A stretch of 64,000 nucleotides of DNA from Haplodiscus bocki (Eukaryota). Within the stretch, counting starts at the first letter, position 1. Each line of letters opens with the position of its first letter. A model generated the notes under the pieces. The model searched no databases, had not been told where the DNA came from, and saw only the letters and a program-made list of their open reading frames with translations. Both the position numbers and the translations under genes were made by a program. This document shows positions 1-13,548 of the stretch, piece after piece. The stretch is from assembly GCA_965655095.1 (NCBI GenBank), contig OZ296649.1, forward strand, positions 78,616,001 to 78,680,000, read 5' to 3'.

Positions 1-1286
1 ATTCAACATAATACCACTCGGGCCTATAAATAAATGGATACAAACACGTGGTTTTTGGAAAATGGTAAAGAAGCTTTGGATAATTGGCCTCTGATTTTGT
101 CCGATCTCAATATAATTTAAAATTGATGGAGCTTCTCAAAAGTAAAGTTAGGAAAAGACATAGGAAAAATTAGGAGCCGCAACTATCGAACGAACTTTAC
201 GCAATTCCGAACACATCTGTCGAAAAACGTTTCACGTCTATCAAAGACAGCTCAAATTCGACTCTTATCAATCGTGGAGGCTTTACAAGATATTAAATAT
301 TTGTACTATTACTCCTATTTTGCTTTCATTAGTTTAGTTTCTCTGTTGTGTTGTTGAAATTCAAGTTTTTGTTAGTGTTCTAATACTTTTTTTACACTGT
401 AACGTTCAATTTCTTTATAACAACAGTATAAAAATGTAATCAGTAAAAAGTAAACAGAGGAATACAATAAAAGTAATTAAAGCAACCATCAGGTTTCTGG
501 CCCTGCAACATTTTCGATGAGATAAAAGATTGAAATTAAAAGACGAAAGCAGAACATGCAATTGTCGCAGTATATCCGCGAAGCCTACGTGCATAAAGAA
601 AGAAAAGGACATCCCCAGATTGCCTGAAAATTAGAAGAAACTGTATTATTACTTTAGACTTTTCCATTTCCATTCATATATTAATATTGCAGTAATATAT
701 CATTGCTTTTACATGTAGTTGATACGTATTAAATAGGTATCCCTCCCCAGTATATTTTCATACAAATTCTACGTATTTGTACGTAGCACTCCCGTGTAAT
801 TAGCCAGATTGGGACGGAACTTCTACGTAACGAACACGTACCTACCTAGCTGCTATTCTAAGCTAGGAATGAATATTTTGTTACATGCACGTTACGTGGC
901 TACCGATCTGGTGCCGTCACAAAACTCTCAGCCAATCCGCTGTGCTATTAGGCTGCGCCACTTTGGTCGGACACGTGCCGTCTACGTGGCCACCAGAATC
1001 ATTCTCCTCAGTAGCTCTGCGGAAGGCAGTGCTACAAGCGGCTACGTAGTCGCCACGTGCCACCACGGCCGAAGTGTGCCGTAGGTTAGTAGAAACATGG
1101 AACGGGCTAGGAAAAAGCCTAGTTTCGTTCCAAAAGTGGATTCAATCGATGCAATAGTATTACCACGCATGTAATCATGATTTTCTATGATTATTTTAGT
1201 GTATTTTACCTAATTTTGGTGCATTTTATAATACTTTCCTTTTATGGAAAATCTTTTTAATCATTTGTTTATGTTATTATTTATTG

Positions 1287-1698
1287 TGTCAGCGCGGGAA
1301 TAAGCACTTTGCTATCCATTTCCGACTGATCAGACCCGTATATTTTCCGTCGAAAGATGGAAAAGACGCGGTCTGTAAAGGAAGAAATGGAGGGAAAGTT
1401 GTTTATTTCCCGCCAGAGTCGGCATATTTTCTTTGTAATTATTATGATCAAAGTACTTTTCCCTACTTTGTACCTTTACTTGGCGTGTAAACAATTATGT
1501 TTCCCGCCAAGGAAAAGGTATAAATAGGAGAAACTAAAGTACTAAGGGGAGATTCTTAATATATTTTTGATTATCAGTTGACTGTACTGATTGCGACTAG
1601 TTGTTTATTTTAAAGAATAACATTTTTGTTATATTCTCAACTTTGTTAACAAATACAAAATAATTCAGTCTTCATAACTGCGTAGCATTTTCCCTTCA
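1287..1698 (+). repeat. Putative 5' LTR of the adjacent gag-bearing retrotransposon
   Basis: Starts TGTCAG and ends ...TTCCCTTCA just upstream of the gag ATG (1704). TATAAA near 1519 and AATAA near 1616. No second LTR in the window to confirm the ends. Confidence 0.45.
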
Positions 1699-1703
1699 AA
1701 AAG

Positions 1704-3158
1704 ATGGCAACGTTGAGAAACAAACGAAAGTTGGCAGCCGTTACAACAGAAACACAAGAAGAAAATCCTAGGAACGGCCAGTCACGAAACACGTCCGTTC
1801 CTAGAATTAACGAGGAATATATCACACAAGTTTCTGAGGAGATTGAAGGCGGAGTCACTAAAAAACTGTCCCAGGAGTTCAGCAGGACAGAGTCCCGCAT
1901 TTTGGGTACTCTGTCTAAATTAGACGAATTTCTCTTGAACCAACAGATACGGACGCATTCCGGAACCGTTCCGGTAACATTCCGGAACACAAACGTGGAA
2001 AACCAGGGAACGAATGAGGACGAATCCCAGAGTGATCCTCATCCTGAAGTGGGACCCTCCGCTTGCCAATCCCGTCATTAAATTGACTCAGACACAGGCG
2101 AGGCTCATGACACGATGACGGGAGTTATAGAACAAACTACCAAGGGTCCTCACATGGTGACAGGAGCTACAGGAGAAATTCGTCACTGTCGTGACATGGT
2201 GACAGGAGCTACAGGAGTTCAAGAAGAGATTCCCCACTGCTCCTCTAGAACTTCTTCAGGGAAACAAAAGAAGGCGCGCTCCACAAGTCAGCCACAATTT
2301 CGCAGTGGGAACACCCCTGCGACAACTGAAGCAGACCAGATTTTGTTGGCCCTTCAGCAATTGGCAACGAACATTTATTCTGCTAATGTCAATACCATTA
2401 GTAACAGAATCTCGAAACTGCCTAAATCCCTCACGACGACAATGCCCACCTTCGACGGGAAATCAGAGAAGTTTGAACTGTTTGAAGATCTATTCCAAAC
2501 GAGTTGAAAAATCCACAATCAGCTCACAGAAGAAGACAAAATAAACTATTTCCACTCTCTCATGCGTGGTGATGCGCTGCAGACGTTCAAAAACATCAGC
2601 AGCCTGAACCGAGAGAATCTGACAGAAATCCTGACTGTGTTCCGTAGGAAATACGTGAAACCCCAGTCAATGGCTACGGCAAAACACAAATTTCAACGAT
2701 TAGTCTTCAATCCAGCAAACCAGAAGTTAATTGATTTTCTCGACGAACTCCAGAAATTGGCGAAAGACGCATTCGGAGTTGCTGCACAAGCGATTATAGA
2801 ACAATTCATCTATGCCAAGATGCCTCCACACCTGAAGAAATCAATAAACCAGGCCCACTTGGAGAACGGCACGTATGAACAGATTGTGACACATCTCGAA
2901 AGGGAATTAGAGCTTAACAGTTTGGAATATCCTGATGAAACTCAGATGAACACTGTCACGCACAAAAAACAAATTGAAGGCAACCCAGATAATGCTGGAA
3001 ATATCAACAGTGACACAAGTGACTCTGACCCCAACAACCACAAAATTGACAGAAACTCTAGAACTCTCTACCCTCCCTGTGAGACATGTGGCAAAACGAA
3101 CCACTCCACAGAGAGATGTTACGTTGGAGCCAATCAACTTAATGTTGGATTAGATTGA
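1704..3158 (+). pseudogene. gag: Ty3/gypsy-like LTR retrotransposon gag, two in-frame stops, 3'-truncated (no pol)
   Basis: ORFs 1704-2081, 2115-2507 and 2562-3158 share one frame, separated by single stops. Capsid-like MPTFDGKSEKFELFEDLF and LMRGDALQTF segments. CCHC knuckle CETCGKTNHSTERC. Similarity is lost right after the knuckle. Confidence 0.85.
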
Positions 3159-3939
3159 GATGGGAATAAGATCGGAAAATCCATCTGTGAACGAATTTGC
3201 CGATTTGCAAACGCGATCTCTTCGAAGCGCCATATTCGGCACCAGCACAAAGTTATTTCAAGCCAACACATACTGAAAATCCCGTTCTTCGACCCGCCAT
3301 GACAATGAGGGTTTCCGTTTGTTAGAGTATTGTCTGTGGGACGCTAATCAAAAGTTGTTGAAGGTGGTTAGTGGTTGCTGCGAGGTGCAGTCACAACCCT
3401 CATTAGAAGTCTCTGCTGCGGAAACAGTTATCTGAGGTGCAGAATAGTGGTTGAATTGTCATTATTGCTCAATAGGACGGCCACTACAGTGTTGGTAAGC
3501 TGAGCTGTCATGAATATTGGATCGGTAGTTAATCCCGTTAATCATAAACAGCCTCTAAATCACGTTTAACAGTTTTCACAAAAAAACGAAAGAAAAATAA
3601 ATTCTGAAAACGGAGTGAAACCCAAAAGAGCTCAAGTTTGTCGCGTTAAGGGAAATTTAACGAAGATTTCACGCTATCAATGGTTTGATTTTTTCGGCAC
3701 GTCGACAACATATGTTTTGACATATCTGACATAAATTTTTGATATTGCGACAGGAACACCTGTTGTGCGTCTTGAAAATTGAAAATGAAAAAGCTTTAAT
3801 TTCTATTGAAAAGAATTGAGCAATTTGAAATGACTTGAAAAAAATGGGGCAGGTTGTTTCATGGAGAACGAGAGTGTAATTAAAAAGGAAATTGCTATTG
3901 AAAAAAAAACGACTTGCATTTATTTCAGTCGAATTGAAT

Positions 3940-6400
3940 GAGTTTCACTGGGCAACCTTTCTTCGAGTTGAAGTGTTTCCTTACTCCTTATTTATACAAC
4001 TCTAGAGGAATTGAAAAAGTTGTTTTTTTCCCAACAATGGAAGTCATTATAGTCATTGAGGTGAAGCGAACAAGAACGGCAGAAAATTTTCGAGTGATTA
4101 AACTTCTAGTATGGTATAGCTTTAAGATTGTGCGGGATCATTTTTCTCGAAATGACTAAAACATCATGTTTCAGAAGCTGCAGCAACTTGTGAAAGTACA
4201 AGTTTTTAGGGTTCCATAATAGGCTCAGGTGGATCACAAAGCAGCGAGAAATCAAATCAAGTTCTAGCAAATGTTGCACTCTTGCATGTTTTGACAAAGT
4301 TTATGTTATGCCAAAGTTTTGACGAAAACTATCATAATATCCACTTTCGGAAAGAAATTGAAACTATCGCTCCTAATTTTAAACGAAACTTGCCAAATTT
4401 TCCAGCTTGACCGTTCCGAAATAAATTACCCATTTGAACCTCATTTATCTAACGTTCATTTCCTCTAGTACTTTGAAGCACTGCCTGATGACCTAAAAGG
4501 GCAAGTCTCTCCTAAGATTTGTCAAGTTAGGCATAACGCTGAACCTAATCAGTGACTTATTAGAATATACATTCTAATTTACCAGTTTCAAAGTGTTGTA
4601 GTGAGAGCCATAACGAAGTTGCAATTGTACAATTCAACTTTTCAACAATTCGTTAACATGCTTAAGCCAATGGTGCACGAAGCTTTATATTTGCTAGCAC
4701 CTTATCTTCGGTGCTAACTATGATTGCCTAACGAACGGAACTCCCTATAACTCTCCAAGCCCATTTTCTGTCACCAGTCATGTGACTAACATTTTAGGTG
4801 CGCCTTCGGCCTATGACTACCATCTTTGGTACACCTTTACCCTGTGCTCATCATATTTGGCTCAACCTTGAAATTGCTCAAAAATCTGAAAAATTGAGTG
4901 ACTGGACGCTAGTTAAGAAGATCATAAATTTCCTTCACTCTCACCGTGAACCACCACTAGGACTTGTTGCTAGTTTACTACCATTTGTCGTCTTTTATCT
5001 TTCAAGGTTGTTTTTCTAAAATATATAAACTTTTGAAAATCTACTTTTCGTGAAAATTCAAAACTTTTCAAGTTGACTTTCGAAAATAACTGAAGACAAA
5101 AGTGTTTCACTAAAATGGTCGGAACGTGCATGCTTCCAACAAACAAGCCCAACTTGGATAAATGAAAAAAATCCAACATCAACTATCGGACTGTGGAAAA
5201 CAAATATTGCAAGTACTAACCCTAGAAAAACACTATTTTCTAGACAAAACTCTGATGAATTACAATCAGGCCCTTTGGTAAATTTTCTGTGAACAATAGT
5301 GCGACGGTAATTGCCTGAAAACTGGGACAAAACGCTCAGTGGTCTTGCCTGGTGCAATGATGCTGAGTCTAAGGTTTTTAACACAGTCCTCGATTAGACT
5401 CAGGTTCAGTGGGTAACCGAAGAAAACTTCCTATAACTTCAGAGAAAGCTCTCGGTTGCTACGCTAACGCAAGTTACCCAGTCTTGTTCAACTAACTCAC
5501 CATCTGATTGGGTACTGAGCCACGTGGTCCAAAAATTTTTAGATTTTAGTTTGGGTGGACAATTATGAACCTAGATTTAAAAAACATCGATACGTTAATT
5601 CGCCACGCAGGTAACCTGGACTTAAAAACAAAGTTGAAAAGTACTTACAAAAAATTGCTACGAAAAGCGGACGATGAAATTCTCCTTCCTAGTTGAAATA
5701 GAACAATGGCATCGCAAATCACTGGTGCTCGATAAAAACTTTTTTTCTTGTGGTTTGGGAACAATTGCAAAGACTTAAAAAAACTGGAGCTTCATTCATT
5801 TGTAAATAGTTCTTTTCTTTTCTTGGAAACGTGTGCAACAGTAAGTCATCTTAAAAACCGAAGCTTATTTGGTCAAAAAATTTCTAAGGTTGCTATTAAA
5901 CTTGAAGTTTGACAATTTGAAGTGATGCTTACGAGCTTCCTTACTTTTGGTTGAACTGGAACAGAATGAATTCCTGAGCAAATCCCTCTTTGTTAGTTCT
6001 AGTGCAGTCTCCTTCATGATTGAGATGTTTGGCTTGGATTTGATTGAAGTTACGCTACAGTGTGTTGTTACTTGAAATGAGCACTACTTCTTCATTTTTA
6101 TTCTTTCACAAAATCTAACCATGATTTAGACAACATCCATGTCCTTACTTGCGATTTCACGCAGCACTAGATTCACACGAGCCGACAAGACAACTTTACA
6201 ATTTTGAGACCTAACTCTTTTTGTCTAAAAACAGCCGCTGCACATCTCTAATTCACGAGCTGCGTCAACAGTACCATAAAGTCAACCTTGAATTGAAATA
6301 GTCAAATTGAACTAAATATGGTCTACTTCCCTGTCCGGCGCGAAACGATGTCTATTGCATACACTGCGACCGTTATTGCACTTTGTCAAAACTTCAAAAC
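3940..6400 (-). mobile_element. Heavily decayed non-LTR (LINE-like EN/RT) relic
   Basis: Scattered minus-strand remnants in the expected order: GDFN-like (~5600), NYR (~5300), DFxKAF-like (~4880), and a C-terminal WNP segment (~4215). No intact ORF. Confidence 0.4.
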
Positions 6401-8799
6401 ATGCAATCATATCCTCTAAATCACGCTGGGTTCTTCTCCAAACGTTTTCTTCAACTTTTTATTAGTTCTGTTTCTGGTATTGATCTGATTTGTTACATTA
6501 CTTTTTGATAACTCCGTTATCTTTGGTTTCACTGAAAGTATAATCAAATATCAGTTTAGTTTGGAATCCTCCTGCTTGTTATTTAACGGGCACGTGTTAT
6601 GTTTCTTCGTGTTAAGAACAGTGTGTTGTGTAGAAACCTATATTATTAGTCCAAAGAACCCAATTTTTTTTCAAACAGTGAACATTTTCCGACAGACAAC
6701 GTCATAACAATTTGTCAGAAGACGTCTTTCGAGAAAAAAAGCGTTCTTGTTTTTGAAACTTTGGGTGGGACATGGTCTTTTGTATTCCGGGGTGTTTTGC
6801 AGAAAAAAAGCTATCACTCAGGTACGATCAAAAGGAACTCATATTGAAAGTAGTAACTGACACTGTAACTGCAACAATTTCTATATTCACCTTTATTAGC
6901 ATAGAATACATTGAAGGCTATTAAGTCGACATAGGTTGAACAGGAATACAAACCTATATATAAAGGAAACGCTTGGCTAGAAAAAATCAGGGATTTTGAG
7001 AACCTTCTCAGCTACGGAAGAAATTTTCAAAAGCTGTAAATACAACTTGAAAGGTCTAAAAATTGACAAAGTTGGATTGAAAACCATTTTTTTTGAAAAG
7101 AAAAGCCAGAAATCTAATTTTTGGCAACAGAGACTAATTTTCGAGAAAAACGACTATGCCAGACGCATTCTATGAAACCCAAGGAAATAACATGATAATT
7201 TTTTATGGACTTGTGGTTGGTTGTGCAAATTGCAAAATTGATTTTAAAAAATGTATTTTCAGGGAATAAATTTCTTCTCCCATTTTTCACAAAACATGTG
7301 TTTTGATGGAATAAAACTAAAAAAAACATGTAAGTTAAAATTTTTTACGAGAACATCTAAAAAAAACATCTATTTTGAAGGAATAATATTCTTCTCCCGT
7401 TTTGTGCGGATGAACACCATTGAGATCTTTCTGATGAACATTGTCCTCAGTTATAAAGAAAGTAGCATGTTTTGATTGGAATTTCTTTCTATTCCACGAC
7501 AAGTTTCGGAATGACAGTTCCAAATTTTCCTGGTAATTATTAATTTTGCAAAGCTTGTCTGAAGGAAAAAAATGTTTATGCTTCTGATTACTTTTTCCAT
7601 ATGTTAAAAACAGATACGGATCATAAACATAGGAAGCTGTTGATTGACATATTGACGGATTAAAATCCAAAAGTTGTTTCGGAAAGAATCGAGCTTGATT
7701 CTGGAGACGAATCTTGAAAATTTTCCAAACTTTGGCAATTTCGATTTATCTGACTTCAGTTGCAAAGAGCTCAGAGCAAAATTTGAAAAACGAGTAATTG
7801 TTTTCACTCAGAAAGATATCAAACAACACCTCGAGGCAAAAAAACTGTAGCTAGTTGTTTTAAAGGAAAGCGTTTGTGTTTTTCAGGATAAGACGTACTC
7901 TTTCATTTTTTCCAGCTGGCTAAAATTGTTCAATGCGAATATTTCATCTCAAAGAGAAACAAATGAAAAACGTTCCACGAGCAGAAAGTTGTTGAGTGAG
8001 CACCTGTTGTGTCAATTCGAGGCAGTTGTTTTCGAAGGAATCTACTGAGATGAATCATACGAATTTGCAAGTTTTGGCACTTATCGCTGTTCCAGTTTTT
8101 GTTGTCAGGATGCAAAACCAAGATTTGACAATTGAGGCGCCTCATGCAAGTAGATAGATGTGGACTGAGACATTACTAGGGGAAATTGCAGTAGGTGGTT
8201 TGGAGAACATCAGGCTGCATTTTCGAGAATTATCACTCCTCCTGACATTTTTTCGCTTTTTTTGTTTTACAAAGCACTGGATGGAAACACTGAATGAAGT
8301 CATTACTAATCAATAACTTTTTGCTGAAAAGAAACTGTCAATTGAGTTTTTTTGGATGAGTTGCAAATAATGAATGCTGATCAAAATGACGTCGTCTCTA
8401 AGGAAATAATCTAGAAGTGAAAGTTTTTTGGTTTTTTTGGCCTATCAATACTCAGATGTCAAGAGGAGACTGCACAATAAGGTAGTTTGGAAAACTTTTC
8501 AAGGTAACAAGTTGCTGATTGACACCTTGGTAGAAAAAAATAGGGTAGTTGACATGCTGGTGTGAGCAAAAAACTAACTCAAGACGAAAAATTTGTGCAC
8601 CGAGCTTGTATCTTATTAAGATTTCCTTATATCAATGTAGTGTCACTCGATACGTACTAATATCTGCAACATCATTTCTACTCGATATGAAAATCATTAT
8701 GTGAAATTCCTACCCCACTGATATAAACGTGATTACGTAGTATTTACGTACACATGAAAGTGATGCTGCACACATCTCACGTAACGACATTCAAGCTAT

Positions 8800-10190
8800 G
8801 CGCTAAAACTCATAAATCCAAGGATCATTTGAAACGAAATGAGCCATACCTCACTCCACTGTTCATAACTAATAGAAAAGTGACTTCAATGTTTAAAATA
8901 AACTGTAACGCACCTCACTGTATGAGCAGTTTATTTGCACAATTTCAATTTAACATTCAAGAGTGAGCCGTAACTCACATCTTCTCAAGGCTATCTAACA
9001 TCACCATGATCGAAACTCACCCTCTAAAAATGTGCTACAACACACATAACTTCAGCGCACTCAACCAAAATGGTATTGAATTCCATTGTTTAGGGTAAGC
9101 AATAGCACACCTTTTCAGGTGCAGTTAGATTCTACCATCACGGAATGATCTATTCAAGAATGATCTGCAGCACACATCAGTGAAGTGCGGTGAGGTAAAC
9201 CATCAAAAATCTTGACCAAAAAAACTGAGCTGTACAACACTTCTTTCCTGAACAACCAAAGTACGCCACGTTGGAAGATCCCCATGGAGAGTTAGCTCTA
9301 CTAGATTTCACTCCTGTGCTTTCTAACTCAGCCTAAAACAGTGCGGACAGTTTTCAAATACGCTAGATCTAAACTCACAATCATTTCATGCACTTGTTCG
9401 CGCGGTGATGAGCACACACGTTTATTTAGAGTGACCCGCACATAAATTAACTCTAGGGAATCAACCAATTACCAACCAACAATACATGAATTTAAAATAA
9501 AACAAGGGCCTATATTATGCGACTAGTGAGACTTAAACAACATTACTTGGGCGGTCATGTCTTTTTGTTAATAAAAAAAGATCATGATTTAGAAACGCAA
9601 TGATTGGATGTATACTTGGCGCTGGTTGATGAAAGAAAAACAAGTGTGGAAGTGAAGTCCAACAGCAGCACTGAAAAGATCACGTGACTCAATTGAGTCT
9701 GCATTTAAACTTCAGTCCCCTTGTTCTCCATAAAACAAACATAACTTCTTGCCTATTGCTGCAATCACGAGTCCAGTTCACAATTAAAACTTGTGAAGTT
9801 TTAACATACCACTTTTTTCCAAAAATCTTACATTGCTTGTGAACACACCTCACTCACTAACAAAACAATTCAAATAAGTACGCCGCGGCAACCTCGTAGC
9901 AGCTAATGTTCAATGGAGTGAAAAACAGGGCCAAGATCAACAATTCCTTTATTAAACCGTTTGAAGGAAAGCACAACCAGGCACGACAATCAGATCAGCA
10001 ACAGGAAGTCTCTTCCAGTGATGTTATCCACCAGTCTTCTGAAAGTGCAAAAACGAAGTTAGCACTTCAGTCCACCTTCAAAAAGCACAAGAGATTGTGT
10101 GCGTTTTTGTCACAGAGAAACGATTTCGACACCGCTAGACACTGTGGAGCTACCAGCTCAGGAGTCATGATACGCCTGAAAATCTAATAG
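8800..10190 (-). mobile_element. Possible decayed gypsy pol fragment
   Basis: Minus strand LHTCFSFINQRQVYI (~9600-9650) resembles the RT-connection motif LRxFLGxxNxxxKFI. A PW motif lies near 9280. Very degraded. Confidence 0.25.
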
Positions 10191-12025
10191 AAGAATGGTG
10201 CCATAACCAATCCTTTGGAGAAATGCAGCTTCCAAATCTAGTGAAAAATTTTTTTCTATTCGTTTTCCGGCCAATTCGGTCAGAAGGTTTTTCAATGCAA
10301 GTAACCTAACGGATGAAAAACTTACGAGTTGTTTTCAAAAAGCATTATACTGCCGATCGGGTGACTTGATGGAAGACCTACTGCGGGTAGGTCTTAATGA
10401 AATCAAATTGATAATGAATGATAATCAAACGTTGAAGCGGTTTTTGGAATTGTACATTATTTTTCTTTCCGTTGCAAAAGGCCAGATATTACTTGATAAA
10501 TACCCGTTCACATGTTTACAATAGTCGACTGAGACGTTGATGCGTAAAAACCAGTGGTTAGTTTTGAAAAGTAGAAACGATTTTGACGAAATTTAATTCC
10601 TGTCAGCAAATATAACAGATCTCATTCTTCAAATTTCCGATGCGAGGTAATCAAACCAAATTTATTAGGGAAACAATGACGTTCTACCTGTGTAAAGGTG
10701 CTGATTTAGACTTCAATGGAAGAAAGTCAGGTTTTAGTTGTGACGAAAATTGACTTGGAACGTCGAAAAAAAAATTCAAGACCGACCTGACTGTCCGGAA
10801 TGCACAACGTGCACAGCAAATTGCTCCACACAAGATTTTTTTACTGCTGTTTTGATGTTTTTTGGCGCGATAAGAAAAGACGATACAGTTAATCGAAAAA
10901 GATGTTCTGGAAAAACTGTTGAAATCCGTAATATGAACATCGTTTCTATGACGAAGGCACAGCTTCCGGAAAAAAAATTACTGAAAGGTCTGTTCTTTCA
11001 TTCATTTATTTCCAAAACTTTAGAGACGGGCTGAGTTAATCCATAGGTAAACAGATTGAGACATTCAACAAACATCAGCCAGTTTTTCAAAAAATCCCCT
11101 ACATTAAACAATAAAACGGTATTTTTCAACACAAAGTATCAAAAATTGCGTAAAAATTCAGAAAACCTAAAATCGGCCTACAACAAGAAGTGGTGTTACC
11201 TAAATGCAACCGGGATGACGAATATTTTCAATACAGAAGATTTTAATGTTTCTGCATTACGAAATCTGCGCAACAATTACAACTTCCTGAAAAAAATCAT
11301 TGTACTACTTAATTTAAAATTTACATGCGAAAAGTTTTCTCAACGCACTTTTAGCTAACAGTTTTCGGGAAATTTATTTCTGACGGAAATACAGAAACAT
11401 AATTGTCAAAGCTCGACAATCAACAATGAAGTATAAAAATGGGCAACTGGTGGGTTCGGCAAGTTTATAAATTGGATCTAAAAGAATAAAATTGCAGGCT
11501 ACAGATACTGTACGCTAAAACAAGTGAACAAAGCACTGCTTAACGCTCGTAATCGTTCAGTCAAAAGTTGACTTTAATACTGATTGAGCCAGATTTGCGT
11601 TCGTGCTCGGTGGATTTGTGCGGTCACTTGACCGATGATAAGACTTAATTCCTACCATGGGAATTATCTCATTGGCTTTTTCGGAATATAACTATTTAAA
11701 TACTCTGGTTGTCATAAAGCAAATGCACTGTAAACCGTGGGGGGCCGACGTTTTTTCACATGGTAATTATGCCATTTTGGCGCAATAAAATTGCATAAAT
11801 CCAAGAAGTCGGAAAATAACTAGTACATCAATGATATACGTCAACCTTTGCATGTGGTAGGATTCAAAGAATGAACGCATTTCCCATTGTAATCAGAAGA
11901 TTACCATCATTCTTCTACGTTATTTTAGGGTTGTTTTGGTTTTCATCGCATTTCATCATTTCGTCTATTACTACTCTTCTATTCATTGTCTAGAAGCTGC
12001 TAGTTTTTAAGTTGGATAAATCTAT

Positions 12026-12913
12026 TCGATGTCTACAATTGTTTGACCACCTCTGAGTCTTCTACTTTGTCCGAGATCAAAATGTTGATACCACAAAGGA
12101 TTTTCAGTCGACCATCCAGTGAATGCAGACTTTGTTTTCATTGCGAGAGTAATCCGACGAACTGGAGCATTGTTGAAAATGTTTGTTTGGATGAACTGTT
12201 TTCGTTTGGCGGGAATGATTGAAGTCTTTGCTAGAGTCTCCAAATAGTTGAACTCCACAGGAGTATATGAAAGCATCTGCATTCATTTCTTGTGATAATC
12301 ATCCTTGAGAGCAATATGATGAATGCAATGTGAACAATCAACAACTCCAAGACAAACGTTGGGGTTGCCGCTAATAATGTAAAACTCAGGTTTGGCTCTG
12401 ATAAGTCGTAACCTAAATTTAACATTTGGATACAGCAATTCTGAAGTGAAAAAAAAGTCAACTCTCAATGCGCCATACAACATGAAGCCGTCGGATCTGA
12501 TGGGCATTTTCACTCTCTTTGTGAAAATAGTTCGAACAAAGGCGGTTTCATAATTTCTTCAGGAAATTTTCCATGATCGTACACCTCGCAGTTCAAAACC
12601 CCCTTGTATTCACAGATTGCTTCTTTGGAGTTGTCCAGAATCTAAGACTTGTGCGCATAAAGTCCATTAAATTTGTATTTTTGCTTATTGTTGATGTACA
12701 CCTCAACATTGGAAAAAACTGAGTGCAAAATGCTGTTTATATGAGTACTGAGAGGAACTGGAACCTCTTGTTCTTGGTCCGCCACCGCCGTTTCAACATC
12801 CGCTTTTGCCTCTTCTTTATTCTCCTTTTTTCACTTTTTTGGTATTGTAAGTTTCGTAGCCGTTACCCATGACAAATTTCAGTTTCACAGCCAAGTGTGT
12901 CTGTCTCAAATCA
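12026..12913 (-). repeat. Duplicated fragment of the Polinton major capsid gene lying outside the left TIR
   Basis: Near-identical to ~14867-15742. ORFs 12022-12282 and 12283-12513 mirror 14508-15113 and 15114-15314. Confidence 0.95.
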
Positions 12914-12965
12914 GAGACAAGTGTGTCTGTCTCAAATCACTTGTTCTCTTTAGATGAATATTGAT

Positions 12966-13548
12966 AGTAGTAAGAGAACGAGGTGATCAGACGTGGGCAA
13001 CGGAAGACCCTCCTTGTATTAAGACAGTGTGCACACCCTGGATCCCGAGTTGGGTTTTCCACCTCTGTTTTAGGATAGGCTATAATTCGGCAAGGTATTA
13101 AGATAGGGCATAGTTCGTTAAAGTACTAAGATAGGGTAAAGTTTGGGCATGTATTGAGATAGGGTATTGTTCGGTAATGTATTGAGATAGTTCGGTAATG
13201 TAGTAAGATAGGGGTCCAGTTCAATGTATTAAGATACGGTATAGTTCGGGTCAAAATATAAAGATAGGGTATAGTTCTGTTCAATGTATAGAGATAGGGT
13301 ATATTTCGGTTCAATGTATAAAAATAGGGTATAGTTCGGTTCAATGTATAAAGATAGGGTATCGTTCGGTTCTTAGTTCGGGTATGAACAGATAAGGAGT
13401 GGTTTCCTTTTCCGCACTGTGAGAGTTTTTCGAATTTTTTTCCCGCACCCCAGTCCCCGCGTATGATTTCTACGGAGCGGACTTGTTATGCCCCCTGCGG
13501 TTAATTGTAATGCCTGCGGATACTCTTTTGACTTAATGCTATGTAAAA
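12966..13548 (+). repeat. Left TIR of element 1 with internal ~29-30 bp tandem array
   Basis: Reverse complement of 30758-31162. Shared blocks include CCCTGGATCCCGAGTTGGGTTTTCCACCT and TTCTTAGTTCGGGTATGA. Array unit GTATAGTTCGGTTCAATGTATAAAGATAGG at ~13070-13372. Confidence 0.93.

Noticed and set aside
790-1100. GC-rich island with CACGTG/TACGT motifs and ORF 809-1084
   Set aside because: No recognisable protein. Probably part of an LTR or other repeat whose ends I could not define.
1646-1990. Antisense ORFs over gag and over Polinton genes (e.g. 2907-3137, 15922-16263, 17093-17766, 27008-27358)
   Set aside because: Shadow frames of recognisable genes on the opposite strand.
7930-8145. Possible host exons here and at ~33065-33110, ~38710-38790 and ~57310-57450
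   Set aside because: Splice-like signals exist, but there is no recognisable protein similarity or phase-linked partner exon.
10200-11500. Possible retroelement integrase relic
   Set aside because: Too degraded, and no diagnostic motif could be read.
13126-13344. ORF with repeated NRTIPYLYTL
   Set aside because: Translation of the TIR tandem array, not a gene.
13070-13372. CRISPR-like appearance of the ~30-bp repeats (also 22785-23215)
   Set aside because: Units are head-to-tail with no unique spacers, there are no cas genes, and the context is eukaryotic.
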